Position numbers and translations under genes: made by a program
NCBI RefSeq assembly: GCF_963921235.1
Contig: NC_086108.1
Location: 110,486,001 to 110,550,000, forward strand
Origin: Mobula hypostoma
Lineage: Eukaryota
Direction: 5' to 3'
DNA: 64,000 nt
In this document: positions 13,081-24,041 of the stretch, piece by piece
Position numbering within the stretch: the first letter of the stretch is position 1
How the letters are laid out: each line of letters starts with the position of its first letter
Notes under the pieces: generated by a model
Told to the model about the DNA's origin: nothing
What the model saw: the letters and a program-made list of their open reading frames with translations, nothing else
Databases searched by the model: none

Positions 13081-13571
13081 ACACACCGCTGTCGGGACCC
13101 CGCGCCGTCCGTTCATTCTCCGCAAACAGACCTTCCTCAGCGAGTCCGTCCGCACCTTATGCGGGGACATTTGTTTCTGCTAAGTTTTATTCTGCGGCCG
13201 CATTGCAAAACCCAGGCGCAGTTACCAGCGCCGGGCGCTCTTTTCCCAGACATGGGCGCAGTTGGTTGCAATGAAGGATTCTTTTGCCAGGAGAGCCGGT
13301 TTGGAATTTTCTCCGCTTTCGGCCGAAGATTTTGCCTAGTGCGCTAGACGGGGGTCGGATACGCAGGCGTACAACTCATCTTCCGCCTTTCTTTATTTTT
13401 TTGAGACAGTTATTTTTGAAGAAGAAGAAAAAAAGGCAAAAATTATAACCCATTCATTTGATTCTTTTTTAATTCGAGAAGCGGCAGATTTATAAATAGA
13501 TGCCTGCGTGTCTTTTTGTTTAAAGTTGTGTGTAATTACCTTTTTTTTGCTTTTCTTCTCTTGCTGTAGGA

Positions 13572-14027
13572 ATGGAGATTAAATACAAAGAGTGGATTCT
13601 GGAAACCATCGACTCTTTGCGGTCCCGCAAAGCCCGGCCCGATGTGGAGCGGATTTGCCGGATGATCGAGCGCAGGCACGGGCTCTCGCCGGCCGAGACG
13701 GAGCAGCAACTGGACAAGCTAGTGCGGGCCGAGCTGGTGGTCAAAGTGGCGTACAAGGGCTCCAACAGTTACCGCAACGCTGCCAAGTGGTACAAGAGCA
13801 AAGCGAGGAAGGGGCCGGAGAGCGGCGGCGGGCTCCCGCAGCAACCCCCGGACACGGGTCGACGGGCGCTGGCCAGCCGGAAAGTCGGCAACGGGAGGCT
13901 GCAGCTCGCCCTGAAGCGGGAGCTGAGCCGCGGCAGGCTCCCGCACGCCGGCTCCCCGCAGCCGCAAGTCAGGGCGGACGGTGCGAAAGTCTCAAGCGCG
14001 TCCTGCCGGGCTTTTCCCACGAACAAG
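13572..14027 (+). CDS. First coding exon of a SAMD1/SAMD13-family (atherin-like) protein; N-terminal SAMD1-type CpG-binding winged-helix domain
   Basis: Translation MEIKYKEWILETIDSLRSRKARPDVERICRMIERRHG...VVKVAYKGSNSYRNAAK matches the SAMD1 WH motif (EWILDTIDSLRSRKARPDLERICRM...SYKGSISYRNAA). A strong polypyrimidine tract and AG acceptor at 13568-13569 precede the ATG at 13572. Donor AAG|gtcggt at 14028 (152 codons, phase 0). Paralog identity (SAMD1 vs SAMD13) is unresolved. Confidence 0.9.
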
Positions 14028-14667
14028 GTCGGTGAAATTATTTATTTCCCTTCCCGTGTGCATGCCCCTGCGCGCGTATTGTATTTATTTCCAAAGCCAC
14101 CCTACACACACATACAGCTGCATTTCTTTCTCCGCCACTCTTCTCTCTCCCCCCTCCTCTCTATACATTGCAGCCTAGTGACCCATGCCCCCGGCGCTGA
14201 GGCGGCAGCCAGATTGTAAGCTGGGGGGGGGGGGACGGCAATTCTGCACTCGCGGGGCTCCGGATCTGTTATTTCTACTGGAAAGAAGGTGCATATTTGC
14301 ATTGCATTCAGACCAGTTGCAATAATAACATAGGCACCACGGGTACGCAAATTTTCCCGTGTCCGGCGTAGCCTTGGGAAAGGGAGGGAGGGACGGGGTG
14401 CGTGTTGGCTCGCAACCTGGACCACACGTTTGTCTTCTTAGCGCCCTATTAGCATGCAGATAAACTATCCATCATATTATAAAACTTTTTTTTGAGGGGT
14501 GTTTGCAGGGACAGGTTGACTAAACTTAGATACAATTGTATTAAGAGATAGCAAACGGTGTCCTTGCACAGGAAACACCACCTTCGAAGCACGGTGGTCT
14601 CCTTTCACTAGCTTTAAGCCCCCCACCCTCTTACTAATTGAGTTCCATTACTACCTAGAGCTCCGTA

Positions 14668-14996
14668 ACTACATCTCCCAGAAACGCTTGCGTACCGGGT
14701 TTCTGATATTGCGGGACCATTGAAGATTCAAATATGCATTGAATTGGGTGCAGCCGGGTAATTTATATAACTCTAGGTTAGCGGTTTGTAGATTTATTTT
14801 CAACGGGAATGCCTCGGGGTTGTTGTTCTGTTTTATATTTGCAACCAAACGTCACCCGGGCAGTGGGAATACGTTTGAAGCCGTTGCTGTTGCAGTCTAG
14901 CCGCCTGCGGCGCTGGGCAGGCTGGGAGTTGTCGTCCTCGGTGACGCCCGCGCCGTTGCGCCGAACGGGGGTGTGGACTACAACTCCCACGCTGCA
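14668..14996. promoter_or_regulatory. Cluster of three ZNF143/THAP11 (ACTACAnnTCCCA) promoter motifs
   Basis: ACTACATCTCCCAG at 14668 (+), ACGACAACTCCCAGC at 14921-14935 (-, one mismatch), ACTACAACTCCCAC at 14977 (+). Confidence 0.75.
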
Positions 14997-14999
14997 GTG

Positions 15000-15087
15000 C
15001 GCCCGCACAGGTGCTCTTGATTGACGGCTGGCTTGGCGTGAGGAGCGAGAGGAAAGACCGGAGAAAGATCTGTGGCAGTGGGAGAAG
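15000..15087 (+). other. Putative alternative non-coding first exon
   Basis: ATG-free purine-rich stretch directly after the ZNF143 motifs, ending in consensus donor AAG|gtaggt at 15088. The start is approximate. Confidence 0.5.
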
Positions 15088-15669
15088 GTAGGTATGAGGA
15101 GACGGAGGTAGAGGGGCTCCCTGCTAGCGTGGAAGCCGCTACTTCAGTGCAATTCTGTGCATCATAAAAATTGTGCTCGCGTTTTTATAGGTTGCAATTA
15201 TAGGTCAAAGTTTGTTTAAATCTAATATTTTAACAAGATAACTAACAGTAATTGGGCAGACGCTTCTGCATTGCATCAAATTCTGACATCCAGGTCATGC
15301 ATAGGTTGAGAAATATTACAGACAGACAAGGCCTAGGAGCGGGAGTCTGTTGTATTTTTGCTGTATTTTGTGTTGTGCATACCTGCTTCTATCATTAACT
15401 GCTGTCAGTCTTAAATTAAACCCATGTTCCTTCTGTGTTCTTTATCTGTCAAGTTCCAGTTGTTTTGTTGTTGAATGCCTGTGGACCATTTGAAGTTCTT
15501 GGATGCATGATGCAGAACCTGGCACTGCATTTTCCATCCATAATATTGCCCTTAAAGGTTGGATAAGTCAGTGTTTTGTGATGCAGATATATTCTGCACA
15601 ACCTACGTTTCTAGTGTAGATGTTTGTTTGTTATGTGTGTGTCTTATGATCTAAGTGAGCACGGTCTTT

Positions 15670-16003
15670 CCAGGACCATGATTGTTCTTGGCAAAGGTTT
15701 CTACACAGGTGGTTTGCCAGTTGCCTCCTTCTGGGCAGTGTCTTTACAAGACGGGTGACCCCAGCCATTATCAATACTCTTCAGAGATTGTGTGCCTGGT
15801 GTCAGTGGTCGCATAACCAGGACTTGTGACGTGTACCAGCCGCTCATATGACCATCCGCCACCCGCTCCCATGGCTTCACATGACCCTGATTGGGGGAGT
15901 TGCGAGGCCGGTGCCACACCTTCCCCAAGGGTGACCTGCAGGCTAGCGGAGAGAAGGGGCATTTCAAATCTCCTTGGTAGAGAGCTACCTCCACCCCGTC
16001 ACC
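15670..16003 (-). mobile_element. Non-autonomous RTE-related retroposon (~340 bp family)
   Basis: Five recognisable copies: 15670-16003(-), 21094-21441(+), 41915-42157(-), 44404-44740(+), 51355-51705(+). RTE-like 3' motif ggcaatggcaaacc...ttgccaagaacaatcatggtca and a (TGA)n-like tail. Confidence 0.65.
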
Positions 16004-17019
16004 ACATCTAGTGTTGATGAGCCCCTGTTATTCCAAAATGGAAGAACCACTCTCCCCTGCTTTTTTGTGAATAATTTTTTAATTTTTCAATTTATTTAGA
16101 GATACAACGCAGATTAAGTCCTTCTGGCCCTTCGAGCTGCGCCAAGTAGCAACCCCTGATTTAACTGTAATCATGGGGCAATTTATAATGACAAATTAAC
16201 CTACTCACTGGTCTGTCTTTGGACTGTGAGAGGAAACTGGAGCACCCGGAGGAAACCCACGCATTCCACAGGGAAGACATATAGAGATTCCTTACAGATG
16301 CCGTGGGGACTGACCTTCAAACTTCACTCTGAGCTGTAAGATTGTGGTAGCCGCCATGCTACCGTGGGTTGCTGTGGGATGTTGAAATATAGAGAGACTC
16401 TTTGCACTTACTGAGACTGACTCATCTCTCCAGTCAGTGTTGTGAAAGAAAGCATGGATAATTTTAAACTTCCCCGTGGTGTGGGAGTTGTCAGACATCC
16501 AGTGCATTTTGAAATGATTTCTCTTCACAGTTCTATTTTTCTGGTCCTGGATATCACTGGAAGAGTTCAGCTCTGCTGGTGCATTGTTGCAGAGTTGCAC
16601 GTATAAAGTATGGTAGTGAGGTCACTCAAGATGAGTGTGATGATCTCCTTAGTGGAAAATGCCTGTGCGTGACTTTGTTTAACACTGGGGGGGGGGTCTG
16701 ATGCACAGGCAGCCACCACAAGACCCTTGACAGGTCAGGATCAGGGTCCAGTGACATGGAATGCAAGACAACTAGGAACTCTTCATTGCTTCAGCCTTCA
16801 GCCACCTTCACTGCCATTGTATTGTGTCTTCATCTTCCACCAACTTCACCATTGAGGTCTTGGTTAGATCGCTCTTTGTCTGGAATTCCACCCCCCCTCC
16901 CCAACATTATTACCATGGATAACCCTACCATGAGTTAAATTCTAGATGGCTAAACTCCAGATGGTATTCCTATCGAGATCTCAGGAACTCACAAGACTCT
17001 TCACCTAGACATTTTGAGG

Positions 17020-17560
17020 GACCTTGAACAGAAGAGCAAGAATGTAATGCTGAAGCTTTATAGGGCATTGGTCAGATGACGCTTGGAGTATTGTGAGCAG
17101 TTTGGGGCCCCTTATTGAAGAAATGATGTGCTGGCATTGGTGAGAGCTCAAAGGAGGTTCATGAGAGTAATTCTGTGATGAGGAGTGTGTGATGGCTCTG
17201 GGCCTTTACTTGCTGGAATGTAGAAGAATGATGGGAGATCGTATTGAATATTGAAAGGCCTAGATGGAGTGGATGTGGAGAGGATGTTTCCTACAGTGGA
17301 GAGTCTAGGACCAGAGAGTACAGCCTCAGAATAGAAGGATGTCCACTAAGGTCAGAGATGAGGAGGAATTTCTTTAGCCAGAGGGTGGTGAATCTGTGGA
17401 ATTTATTGCTATGGGTGGCTGTGGAGGCCAGGTCATTGAATATATTCAGAGTTTGATAGGTTCTTGCTTAGTCAAAGTGTCAAAGGTTACAGGGAGAAGA
17501 CAGGAGAATGGCGGATCAGACTTGATGGGCCGAATGGCCCAATTCTGCTCCTATGTCTTA
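17020..17560 (+). mobile_element. CR1 3' fragment
   Basis: LEYCEQF...MRRNFFSQRVVNLWN plus 3'UTR. Confidence 0.85.
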
Positions 17561-17849
17561 TGGGCAAGGTGACAATACCTGTATACTCAGTTATATGGTC
17601 GTAGAGGAGTACAGTATGAAAACAGCCCTTTGGCCCAGCTTGCCCATGCCAGCCAACACCCATTTCAGCTAACCTGTTTAGTGAGTTTGGCAAAGTTCGG
17701 AAACATCGTAAACAATATCCATCTTTCCTTGAACCTTTCAAGAAATTTCAGAATCAGGTTTATTATCACGGACATACAGTATGTTGTGAAATTTGTTCTG
17801 TGGTAGCAGTACAGTGAGATACAAGTTACAATAACTAATACTGTATATA

Positions 17850-18734
17850 ACCATGGATTCCCTTCATTTATTTGGGATATTATGCTGCTCAATTGGGACA
17901 GGAGACTGTTGCTGAAGTTCCGAGTTAGCTTCAGTTGCATGCACTTTGTGTGGCTGTTAGACACTACACTGTGCTTTGAGCGAACAATTTTTAAATAGTG
18001 TCAGTTGCGTGTATTTGTGTTCAGAAACTATTTGTCACAATAGTTGGCAAGAAATGAGCAGCAAGACAATACAAAACTGTTCTACTCATCGTGATTTCAA
18101 CTACTGAACCTCGGAGATGCCAGAAATGACCGGGAGTGAAAATGAAACAATTTCACTACTTCAACAGATTAGGACCTATGAAGAATTTGAAGGTTTCGAC
18201 AATTGCCTTGAATGTTACAATAAAAATGAAGGTTTGAAGGATGCAATTGTTGAAAGCATTGTATGAAGGCAGTCCATCTTCTGCACCAGGTGTTTGTGCT
18301 GATTTTGTTCATTTCCTGTCAAACAAGAGAACGTGGTACACGGGATAATTTCCTCTGTTGATAACTATTAGGACTAATACAGTTCTACAGTAGTATTAAT
18401 AGTGTTCTAATTTGTTCTGTATTTTATTTAAATATATAATTTATTGCTCAGTTAAACAGTAGTTTGCCTTTTTAACAATTAGAAACATAGAAAACCTACA
18501 GCACAATACAGGCCCTTCAGTCCACAGTGCTGTGCTGAACATGTACTTACTTTAGAAAATACCTAGAGTTGCCCATAGCCCTCTATTTTTCTGAGCTCCA
18601 TGTACCTATCCAGGAGCCTCTTAAAAGACCCTATTGTTTCTGTATTTCCATGAAGCTTTGGCTAATTGTGGCATTCACTTAATTGGACCAAAATGTACTG
18701 GAACTGAAGTGTCCCAATCAACTGGAATCCACTG
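17850..18734. mobile_element. Non-autonomous Tc1/mariner (Tigger-like) element, interrupted by a CR1 tail at ~18480-18635
   Basis: Right end gtcccaatcaactggaatccactg; related copies at 41050-41488, 42791-43389 (both ends: TAGTGGATTCCGG...CCAGATTCCACTG) and 44255-44402. Confidence 0.6.
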
Positions 18735-21093
18735 TGAATAAAAAATAAATTCAGTGCAAAAAGAGCGAAGGAGTGAGATAGTGTTCATGGTTCAATGTCC
18801 ATTCAGAAATCTGATGGTGAAAGGGAAGAAGCTATTCCTGAGACATTGAGTGTGTGTCTTCAGGCTCCTGTACCACCACCTTGATGGTAGCAATGAGAAG
18901 AGGACATGTCCTGAGTGATGGGGGTCCTTCATGATAGAGGCCATGTTCTTAAGACATTAATTTTTGAAGATGCCCGTGATGTTGGGGAGGTTAATGCCCG
19001 TGATGGGGCTGACTCAGTTTACGACTCTCTGCAGCTTTTTCCGATCCTGGTCAGTGACCCCTCCATACCAAATGGTGATGCATCCAATCAGAATGCTCTC
19101 CATGGTACGACTGTAGAAATTTGCTCGTGTCTTTGGTGACAAACCAAACTGCACAATGTTCTGTTTCATGCAAAGAGCAATGATGCTCTCTCATTTTGGC
19201 TTTTTATATTTGCAGTTGCTTACTTGGCCAGTGAAGTACAGTTTCACAGAGCTATACGACGTGGAGAAGCCCCTTCTCCATGCTGACCATCATGTTTATC
19301 TGCCCTAATCCTACCTGCCTTCATTATTTCCATATCCCTCAGTGTCAGTCAACTACCTATCATAGTCACAGAGCACTACAGCACAGATACAGGCCCTTCA
19401 GCCCACCTAGTCCTTACCAGCGTGGTCTTCTCACCAGACACATTTACCTACTCCGAGACTGTATCTTTCTAAACCCATCCGTATTTATGTGCTTATCCAA
19501 ACTTATCTTAAATGTTATAATTGAACCCATATCTACCATTTCTGCTGGCAACTTCAGAGTGAAGAAGTGCCTTCTCAGGTACCCCTTAAATATTTCACTT
19601 TTCACCTGTGACCTCTAGTTCTGGTCTCACCCACCCGCTGTGGAAAAAGCCTGTTTGCACTAACCCTACCTGTACCCCTCAGAATTTTCTATACCTCTAT
19701 CAAATCACCTCTCAATCTGTTATGCTCCAAGTCCTAACCGATTTAACCTTTCCTTATATCACAGGTCCTCCACTCCCAGTAACATCCTTGTAAGTTTTCA
19801 GTCTTATGGATATCTTTTCCTGTAGTTAAATTCAGAGTAAATTTATTATCGAAGTACAGATACGTCACCATGTGCAACCATGAGGTTCATTGGCTTGCTG
19901 GCATACTTAGTAAATCCAATCGCCGTAGCAGAATCAGTGAGATACCACACTCATCAGGGCTGACAACCAGTGTGCAAATGGCAACAAACTGCAAATACAA
20001 AAGGAAAAAAGGAGCAGCAGTAATAATAAATAAGCAATAAATATTGAGAACATGAGACCAAGAGACCTTGAAGGTGAGTCCATAGGTTGTAGGAACAGTT
20101 CAGTGATGGGGTGAGTGAAGTTATCCCCTCCTGATTCAAGGGGCTGATGGTTAAGGGGTAATAGCTGTTCCTGAACCTGCTGGTGTGAGTCGGGAGACTT
20201 TTGTACCTTCTTCCTGATGGCAGCAGTGAGAAGTGAGCATGTCCTGGGTGGCGGGAGGCCCTGATGATGGGTGCTGGTTTCCTATGACAACACTCCACGT
20301 AGATGTGCTCAATGTGGGGAGGGCTCTACCCGCGATGAACTGGGCTGTACCCACTACCTTTTGTAGGATTTTCCATTCAAAGGCATGGGTGTTTCCCGAC
20401 ATGCTGTGATGCAGCCAGTCAGCATGCTGTCCACTGCATCTACAGAAGTTTATAGCACATCTATAGAATTGCATAAAGAACCAGAATCTCCACAACCCAA
20501 ACTGCAAACAATACTCCAAACTTTGGCCTCATCAACATCTTGTACAACTTCAACATAATATACCATCCCCTGTACTCAGCACTTTGATTTATGGTCAATT
20601 AAAAGCTTTCTTTATAACTCCCTCCACCAGTGATGCTGCTTTCAAGAACTCGTTTACCTGTATTCCCTATTCCCTTTGTTCTATTGCATTCCTCAGTGCC
20701 CTGCCGTTCACCGTGTAAATCCTACCCTGGTTTGTCCTCCCAAAGTGCAACACCTCACACTTGTCTGCATTAAATTCCATCTCCCATTTTCCAGCCCATG
20801 TTTCCAGCTGGTCCAGATCCCACTGCCAGCTTTGATAGTCTTCCTCGCTGTCCACTGCACCCCCAGCCTTGGTGCCTGTTTGCACAATTTGTCTTCCTTT
20901 GTACATCGGTTGTTTGTTAGGTTTTGCATTGTTTTCTTTATTTTCTTCTGAATGCTCACGAGAAAATGAATTTTGGAGCAGTATATGGCAATGTATATGT
21001 ACTTTGATAATAAATTTACTTTGAACTTTGAAGTATGCTGATGAAGCTTTTCACATTATCATTCAAATTATTATGTTCAGTGCCTCTTAAATT

Positions 21094-21441
21094 GGGTGGT
21101 GGGGTGGAGATGCGTCTCTACCAAAGGAGATGGAAGGTGCTTCTTCCCTCTGCTAGTCTGCAGGTCACCTTTGGGCGAGGTGTAGCACCTGCTTAGCCCC
21201 CCTGATCAGCGTCACGTGAAGCCGTGGGAGCAGGTGGTGGATATCTCAGGTCCTGGTTATGTGACCACTGACGCCAGGCAATCTCTGAAGAGTATTGATA
21301 ATGGCTGTGGTCAATCCACCTTGTAAAGACACTGCCTAGAAGGCAATGGCAAACCCCTTCTGCAGAAAGGTTTGCCAAGACCGATCATGGTCAGGAGACC
21401 ACAGTCACCTACGTCGTACGACGTGGCCCAGAATGATGATG
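21094..21441 (+). mobile_element. Non-autonomous RTE-related retroposon, near full-length copy
   Basis: Same family as 15670-16003; starts gggtggtggggtggagatgcgtctctacc, ends aatgatgatg. Confidence 0.65.
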
Positions 21442-21632
21442 CCTCTAAAATGTTGTTCCTGTTCCTGCTTCCGCCCTCTCTTCTGGCAGCTCATTCTAAC
21501 TATTCCGTGTGGAAATATTTATCCCCGAGATTCCCTTTAAACCTCCTCCCCTTAGAACCACTTCCTTTAGTTTTAGACCATCCTCCCAGGGGAAGCAGGC
21601 TGTAACCGTCTCCTCTATTTATGCCTCTAGAG

Positions 21633-21714
21633 CAGGGGTTCCCAAACTTTTTTTATACCATGGACCCCTACCATTAACTGAGGGGTCTGTGGACCCCAGG
21701 GCTGGGTACCCCTT
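21633..21714. mobile_element. ~80-bp hAT (Charlie-like) MITE
   Basis: CAGGGGTTCCCAA terminus; imperfect 8-bp TSD ctctagag/ctttagaa. Confidence 0.7.
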
Positions 21715-22759
21715 CTTTAGAATAGAATATAGAATATAAATATAGAATAGAAAATAGAATATAGAACGGTACAACACAGGGCCAGTCCCCTCTGTCCACA
21801 ATGCTGTGCCGAGCCAATTAAATTAGTAATCAAATGGCCAACTTAACTAATCCCTTCTGCCTGCACAATGTCCATATCCTTCCACTTTCCTCACATTCAT
21901 GTGCCCAGCTAATCATCTCTTAAAGGTCTGTAATGTATCTGTCTCTACCACCACCCCAGGCAGCACATTCCAGGCACACACCATATCTGTGTTTTTTTAA
22001 AAAAAAATTAAACAAACAAACAGGTCCTTCACATCTCCTGAAATTACCCCCTCACCTCAAATGCATGCCCTCCGGTATTAGACATTTCAGCCGTGGGAGA
22101 AAGATGCTGCCTGTCTATGCCTCTCATAACCTTCTAAACCTCTGCTAGATCTCCCTTAGCCTCTACTGCTTCAGAGAAGGCCGACCCTTTCTATTCCGTC
22201 CAGCCTCTTCTGATAACTCAAGCCGTCCTGCCCAGTGGGGGAAGCGTCTGATTATTTGAACTGCTGTAAGGTGATGAGCTCTCTCTGGGACGATGCTCCA
22301 CACCATCAGGGAGAGAAGGTGCTGTCATAAAACACGGAACAGCACAGTACAGGCCCTTCAGCCCCGTTATTTTGTGCTGACCCTTTACCTGCTGGCTACT
22401 AAAACAAAATCTTTACGCTGCCTTAAAAGATTCTTCCTCTGGGCGGTTAATCTGATCAACCACTCTGGTTATCTCCCCCACCCCCTCTATGTATTGCCCC
22501 CATCACTGCACTGTAAACAATTTAAACCACTCATTATGATACTGTTTATACTGTAAATACATACTGGTATTTATTCTCATTTTACTTTCACTTCCAACGT
22601 GTTTTTGTATCATCTTTTAATAGTTTTTTGTTGCATGTCTCATCCTGACCAGCACACCACAACAAGTTCCTAATCTATGTAAATGTATATGGGGAATGAA
22701 GTTGATCCTTGATCTTTAACCTGCTCTGAGGTCAAGCTAATCTTTCCTCCCATGTGCGA

Positions 22760-23330
22760 GGCCTCTGTCAGTCAGGGTCGATAATGGATGCTGCATCCCA
22801 GCTGTCTGGATACACAAGCCAGGGCAGTACAATATGGACTGCAAGCTGTTCCCCATGTAGCAAGCTCTCCTTCTCCACGCGTCCGATGAATCCAAGGGAA
22901 TGACAGTTTGGCACCAGCAGCATTGTTGGGAGTTGCCAGTCTGTGTGAACTCAAAGCAGGATTGGCTTAAGGGACACCAGCTCTGGATTTTTCCCTCGGG
23001 GTTTAGTCCCCAAAGCCTTGCCCGTGAGTGGGTACAGCTGCAAGGCAGCGGAGGTTTGAGATCAGAGTTTTCCTTCTCAATGATGAGCTACCAACCACGG
23101 CTGACGAGTCCCATCTGCCCGGAGTGACTGGTTTTAAAGCGCCAGTAACCGGCATTTGCCCCTTCTCCTGTCGGTAGAAACGGTTCTGCCAGGCTTAGTA
23201 GCTAAACCACACGTGAAGGCCAGGAGCTGGACGGGTTGTCAGAGGCTATTTGAGATGCATGCTTTTGGAACCATTTAATAAGTAATAAGAGCTTGTCCCT
23301 TTTACCACCCCTGGCTACAACAGTCTTATG
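22760..23330 (-). mobile_element. RTE-related fragment
   Basis: Shares the caagtctcccctctccacg-type segment with the RTE-like tail of the SINE at 31627. Confidence 0.4.
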
Positions 23331-24041
23331 GAGCATCTCCCACAACCCACTGTTTTTCTATCATGCAAGTGTCTACCTAATAGTCACTTATGTGTCCATA
23401 ATGTGCACAAACCTGGCAGCGCGTTCAATCATAAACCAACTCTGATTTATTTTAAGCTTGAAATCTTTGACATCACATCAAGAGCTGTCTTTATTCCACT
23501 GTAGTCGGACTCCCGGATAGGCCGGCATGATAAGATGGACTCTTGACCTCACAATCTACCTTGTTGTGGGGAGAAGGCAGGAGGATGGAGTTGAGAGGGA
23601 AACTAAGTCAGCCGTGATTGAATGGCAGTGTGGACTAGGCCAAATTGCCTATGTCTGTTCCTGATTCTTGATGTCTGGATGGGAGCTTATCTACCCATCC
23701 TAGTCCCAGTGGGTCATAATAGAGTTGCAATCACCACGTCAGGTTGGCTGCGTACTATCACCGGGCATTGGGGCGCCACAGTAACGACGCTATTACAGTG
23801 CGGGGTGTTCCAGAATTTGGAGTTCAATTCTAGTGCTGTCTGTAAGGAGTTTGCACATTCTCCCTGTGACCGCGTGGGTTTCCTCTCAAGGTCCGAAGAC
23901 GTGCCGGTCAGTAGGTTAATTGGTCAATGTAAATTGTCCCGTGATTAGGCCAGGGTTAAATAGATGGGTTGCTGGTCAGTGTTGCCCGTTGGATGGAAGG
24001 GCCTGGTTCACACTTTCGCTAAATAAAAATAAAAAGTCATA

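Larger units (their letters stand above)
11640..15100. promoter_or_regulatory. CpG island / promoter region of the SAMD1-family gene
   Basis: Dense CpG and GC content, free of transposon fragments, contrasting with the CpG-depleted flanks; encloses the first coding exon. Confidence 0.85.

Noticed and set aside
12362..13274. Overlapping His/Thr- and Cys/Val-rich ORFs
   Set aside because: Translation artefacts of (CA/GT)n low-complexity DNA.
11640..13560. Upstream first exon for the WH-containing transcript
   Set aside because: The acceptor at 13569 implies one exists, but no single donor or TSS could be chosen with confidence.
14028..14219. C-terminal part of the 215-aa ORF 13572-14219
   Set aside because: Follows a good splice donor at 14028 and composition becomes intron-like; read-through, not coding.
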